A stretch of DNA of 38,050 nucleotides from NCBI GenBank assembly GCA_013265495.1, contig MU058584.1, positions 2,022,616 through 2,060,665 of the forward strand, read 5' to 3'. The translations under genes and the position numbers were made by a program. The notes under the pieces are model-generated. The model made no database searches. It saw only the letters and a list, made by a program, of their open reading frames with translations, and was not told the DNA's origin. This DNA comes from Vicugna vicugna. Its lineage: Eukaryota. Below are positions 34,321-38,050 of the stretch, piece after piece (the first letter of the stretch is position 1; every line of letters starts with the position of its first letter).

Positions 34321-34668
34321 TGCTGAGCTTTTGTGTCCCTCCAAAATCCTATGTTGAAACCTAATGCCCAATGTGATGGTGTTTGAGGATGGAGCCTTTG
34401 GGGGGTGCTTACATCAGAAGTGTGGGACTGTCATAAATGAGATTAGTGCTCCTACAAGAGACCGCACGGGACTCCCTTGCCCCTTCCACTGTGTGAAGAT
34501 ACAGCAAGTAGATAGATGTCCGTGGACAACAAGCACTCACTAGACACAGAATCTGCTGGTGCCTTGCCTTGGACTTCCAACGCCAGCACTATGAGAGAGA
34601 AATTTCTGTTATTTATAGTCCATTCAGTCTATGGTATTTTGTTACAGCAGCTCAGACAGACGTACGTA
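34321..34668 (+). mobile_element. MLT1A-like MaLR solo LTR
   Basis: tttgtgtccctccaaaatcctatgttgaaacctaat...ggagcctttgggg...gaatctgctggtgccttg...tctatggtattttgttacagcagc. Probable TSD tcctg/ttctg. Confidence 0.9.
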
Positions 34669-34998
34669 TTCTGTTTTAAACCCTCCAATGACTTTCCCTT
34701 ATTTTAATTTAAAACTCACCTCCCTTTTGACTTCAATTTTGTACTATTCTCCTCTCTTGCCACATTGGCTTTAGACCTTGTCTCTCAAACATCCTGGGTA
34801 CTTTCATTCCTCACTTAGAGCCATTGCACCGTCCGCTTCTTCTGCCTGGCCTCGCATGGTTTACTCCTTCCCATTCATGTCAGAGCTCACGTTTCCCTTC
34901 TCAGTTGTCCTCCGCGGCCACTCAGTCTAAAGTAGCTCCCAGGTCCCTTTCTACCACATCTTCCCACTTCATCTTCTTTATGGATCTTTTAAAAAAAA

Positions 34999-35121
34999 TT
35001 TTTTTTGTAGGGGAGGTAATTCGGTGTATTTATTTATTTTTTGGAGGAGGTACTGGGGATTGAACCCAGGACCTGGTGCATGCTAAGCATGTGCTCTACC
35101 GCTTGAGCCACGCCCTCCCCC
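34999..35121 (-). mobile_element. tRNA-derived camelid SINE (Vic-1-type)
   Basis: ggggaggtaatt...ggaggtactggggattgaacccaggacct..tgcatgctaagcatgtgctctacc..tgagc..ccctcccc; ttcatcttc repeated on both sides. Confidence 0.92.
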
Positions 35122-35284
35122 TTTCATCTTCCCTCATGTTTGCCTGTTGCTGCATCCATTTATTTGTTGCACTAGAATGTAAGTTCCCTATGAGCAGGGA
35201 CCATGCCTGGCATATTCACTAGTGATCGGAAGATGCTTGACATCTAGTATTTTTAACAGCAACAAAAATTTGCTAAATCGGCGC

Positions 35285-35820
35285 TCCCTGTCACTCTCCT
35301 GCTTAGCGCACTACGGAAGATTGCAAATGAAGTTAGTATAAAATCCCAGTTCTTACCGTGGCCTAAAAGTCCATACGTTTTCTGCTATCTGCTTCCCTCA
35401 CTGGTTTTATCTTTGTACACTTTATCTCTCACACATTATGCTCCAGTCTCTCTGGTTTTCTTTCCTTCAAGTTCAAATCCAAGCTCAAGCCCCTTGCAGA
35501 TGTCACATCCTTCCTCCTCCCTCCCGCATTCCCCCATTGCTTTTTCCCTGGATCCACCCATATCTGGCTTCTTATCCTCAAGTTCAATCCCAAATGTCAG
35601 CTTCAGGAAAGCCCTTCTCCAACTACTTATTTGATGTGGCCTCCCTAACTCCAGGTCACATTACCCTGCTTTATTTTTATTCATAGCATTTACAAGTCTC
35701 TGGGTCCATATATTTCCTTATTTGCTTATTGTTTATCTCCTACACCAGAATGCATGCTCCATGAAATCAGGGAGTCTAGTCTGTCTTATTCCCAAAGTAT
35801 TCCCAGCGCCTTGAACAATA
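35285..35820 (+). mobile_element. LINE-2 3' region (second copy)
   Basis: tcactctcctgctta...ttcttaccgtggccta...caaatgtcagcttc...ccagaatgcatgctccatga..tcccagcgcct. Confidence 0.75.
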
Positions 35821-36084
35821 CAACGTCAGCGTTCCACCACCGATCCCCACCCACTCTCTTTTGGTCTGTTTTCAAGGGTTAGTACCTGAGGCTCTTTGTC
35901 CCTGATATTAATATTGGATTGACTATCATTCAATAACCAGTCCTAGTGAGCTGTTGACAGTCTTGTACTTGCTTTGTTTGGGAAATAAAGGCAGATATCT
36001 TTTAGAACAATCTCATCTGCTAAGGGCCACCTGGTTTTCCCAGACCAAGGAGGACAGAGTGCTGCCATCTACTTTGCTTGATAA

Positions 36085-36256
36085 TCCAAGGCTAGTAGTT
36101 GTTACCTTTTTGGGTCTTGAAATCCCTGGGACACACGACGAACCCTGTTCTAAGAATAACGCAAAGCAGTGCATGCTACCACATTTTGTATGTAATTTTC
36201 AAGGGTTCATAGAATTCCTGAAGCTCATTCATGGACCCTGGGTTAAGAATCTCTGC
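36085..36256. mobile_element. hAT-Charlie-type non-autonomous element (MER117-like)
   Basis: acattttgtatgtaattttcaagggttcat...catggaccctgggttaagaatctctg terminus. Confidence 0.6.
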
Positions 36257-36260
36257 CGTA

Positions 36261-37044
36261 AACATGGATGGATCTGGAGATCGTCATTCTAAGTGCAGTA
36301 AGGCAGAAAGAGAAAGAAAAATAACATATGATATCACTCATATGTAGAATCTAGAAAAAAAAAAAGACACAAATGAATTTATTTACAAACAGAAACAGAC
36401 TTAGACATAGAGAACAAACTTATGGTTACCAGAGGGTGAAGGAGATAGGAAGGGATAAATTGGGAATTCGAGATTTGCAGATATGAACACTTTATATAAA
36501 ATAAACAGCACGCTTCTTTTTAAAATTTTTTTTTTATTGAAGTACAGTCATTTACAATGTGTCATTCTCTGGTGTACAGCACAATGTCCCAGTCTTGCAT
36601 ATACATACATATATTCGTTTTCATATTTTTTTCCATTAAAAGTTATTACAAGATATTGAACATAGTTCCCTGTGCTATTTAAAAGAAACTTCTTTTTTTT
36701 TAAATCTGTTTTTATATATAGTGGCTAACATTTGTAAATCTCAAATTCCCAAATTTATCCCCTCTCACCCTCTTTCCCCGGTAACTATAAGATTGGTTAC
36801 TAAGTCTGTGAGTCTGTTTCTGTTTTGTGGATGAGTTCATAGTGTCCTTTAACAAGTTTCTACTCTATAGCACAGGAAACTATATTCGGTATTTTGTAGT
36901 AACCTATAATGAAAAAGAATATGAAAACAAATATAGGTATGCACATGTATGACTGAAGCATTATGCTGTACACCAGAAATTGATACAGCATTGTAAACTG
37001 ACTATACATCAATAAAAAAAAAAAAGAATGTAAACAAACAAAAA
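36261..37044 (+). mobile_element. 5'-truncated L1 3' end, split by a nested antisense L1
   Basis: aacatggatggatctggaga...cagaaagagaaagaaaaata...ttgtaaactgactatacatcaataaaaaaa. TSD aagaatctctgc (36245-36256) / aagaatccctgc (37048-37059). Confidence 0.92.
36518..36850 (-). mobile_element. 5'-truncated L1 3' UTR nested antisense in the previous L1
   Basis: T-run then ttattgaagtacagtc..tacaatgtgtca...cccaaatttatccc...gtgagtctgtttctgt. Degenerate TSD agcacgcttct / aacaagtttct (8/11). Confidence 0.9.
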
Positions 37045-37879
37045 GTCAAGAATCCCTGCTCCAGGCTGAGCCTGCTCTGATACATGACTTCAATGCTATA
37101 TACAGAATGGTGGTACCAGCGTTCCTTCACGGGGCTGCCCAGTGAGGCAACGAAATGGGACCAAGCTGGGAAGGGGAGATCTCTGTGAGCAGGAATGAGG
37201 AGTTTAAGACAGAAGAAAAGAAAAAGCAAGAGGAAGGGGAGCAGGTGGAGAAGGGACTTGGAAAAGCTGAAGGAGAGCAAGGAGGAAATGTTAAGAGAAG
37301 GGCTGAAAGGGAAAGATGAGACCCTGTGGGCAGAGAAATAGATGCTTTCAGCTGCCTCAGGTGCTGCCTTTGGTTACTAACTCTGGTTCTGACACTCCAG
37401 AGCAGCAGAGAATTTCTTTGCCCATAAAGTAGAAGAGTTACAGAAACCTAGATGCCAATTCAAATATAATCATAAAGATACATAGATTCTTATCTGCTTA
37501 TATGATGGAACATGTGGTAGTGAATTTATTTTTGTGACCATCCCAGGGGACCCATGTCTTTGCAACCATGTTGTTTCCTGGGGAATGAATGGAGATTCTT
37601 GTACGTTCCTCTTGCACCCTGCTCTTTGTCCCTTAGTGGAGATGAGAGTATGTCCTAGTGGGCTTCTAATGAGTTTGAAAGAGAATCCTTGGGGTACACA
37701 GAACCTTGATGTAAAGGTAAACATGGTGAGATGGCTTCGTAGACATTAGAATAAGGTCAGATTGAGAACTGCTTTGCTAGTCGGCCAAATTTTGGCAACG
37801 ACTCACGTCATGTCCTTAAAACACGATTCAGTGGACTTCAGTTATTATTCTGAAGAATTATACAGTCTAATAATCCATC

Positions 37880-37990
37880 GTTCATTCTTTCAACACATAT
37901 TTGTTAAATATCTTTTAGAATTAAAGCACTGCTGAGGTATGGAAGGTACAGAAAATCATTACCCTTCCCTTGTTACAACTGATAAGATAT
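37880..37990 (-). mobile_element. LINE-2 3' tail fragment
   Basis: ttcattctttcaacacatatttgttaaatatct...gcactgctgaggt. Confidence 0.6.
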
Positions 37991-38050
37991 GGAAATTGCA
38001 TGTGTAAGCTGCTCCTCAAAATCTACTTTTAGACACTTCTAATTCTATTT

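Larger units (their letters stand above)
33995..35278 (+). mobile_element. LINE-2 3' region, interrupted by MLT1A and a SINE
   Basis: gtcagatgatc...|ttttaaaccctccaatg...actagaatgtaagttcc..gagcagggaccatg. Confidence 0.75.

Noticed and set aside
37190..37320. Glu/Lys-rich reading frame and its hydrophobic antisense ORF (37002-37280)
   Set aside because: A by-product of a purine-rich low-complexity tract; no ATG start or convincing splice context.
1..38050. A novel multi-gene system (operon, CRISPR array, defence island, retron-like RT)
   Set aside because: The DNA is mammalian repeat-rich sequence. No listed ORF exceeds 112 aa, there is no repeat-spacer array, and all RT/endonuclease motifs belong to broken L1 and L2 copies.
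1..38050. Inferring a host gene's strand from repeat orientation
   Set aside because: L1s and LTRs occur in both orientations in similar numbers, so intronic versus intergenic status and strand cannot be decided from this window.

Overview
Mammalian non-coding genomic DNA, most likely a camelid (Camelus/Vicugna/Lama). This assignment rests on three tRNA-derived SINEs matching the camelid Vic-1-type SINE as I recall it, plus several young artiodactyl-type L1 3' ends. It is AT-rich and CpG-poor, and most of it is fossil transposons: L1 of several ages, HAL1, L2, MIR, MaLR (MLT1) and MER21 solo LTRs, and hAT and Tigger DNA elements, often nested, several with readable target-site duplications (TSDs). 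I cannot support any intact protein-coding gene. The ORFs with recognisable homology are broken L1 ORF2 and L2 reverse-transcriptase remnants; the rest look like chance frames. I found no evidence for a novel multi-gene system. The most notable sequence-level oddities are: (1) a perfect 47-bp inverted repeat with an 8-nt loop inside a diverged L1 (17396-17497); (2) an L1 3' end inserted antisense into the homologous part of another L1 3' end (36261-37044); (3) two internal L1 fragments lacking poly(A) and clear TSDs; (4) a few candidate splice and regulatory signals in unique DNA; (5) an assembly gap with duplicated flanks. Repeat family names are from recalled consensus sequences, not a database search, and boundaries of old elements are approximate.
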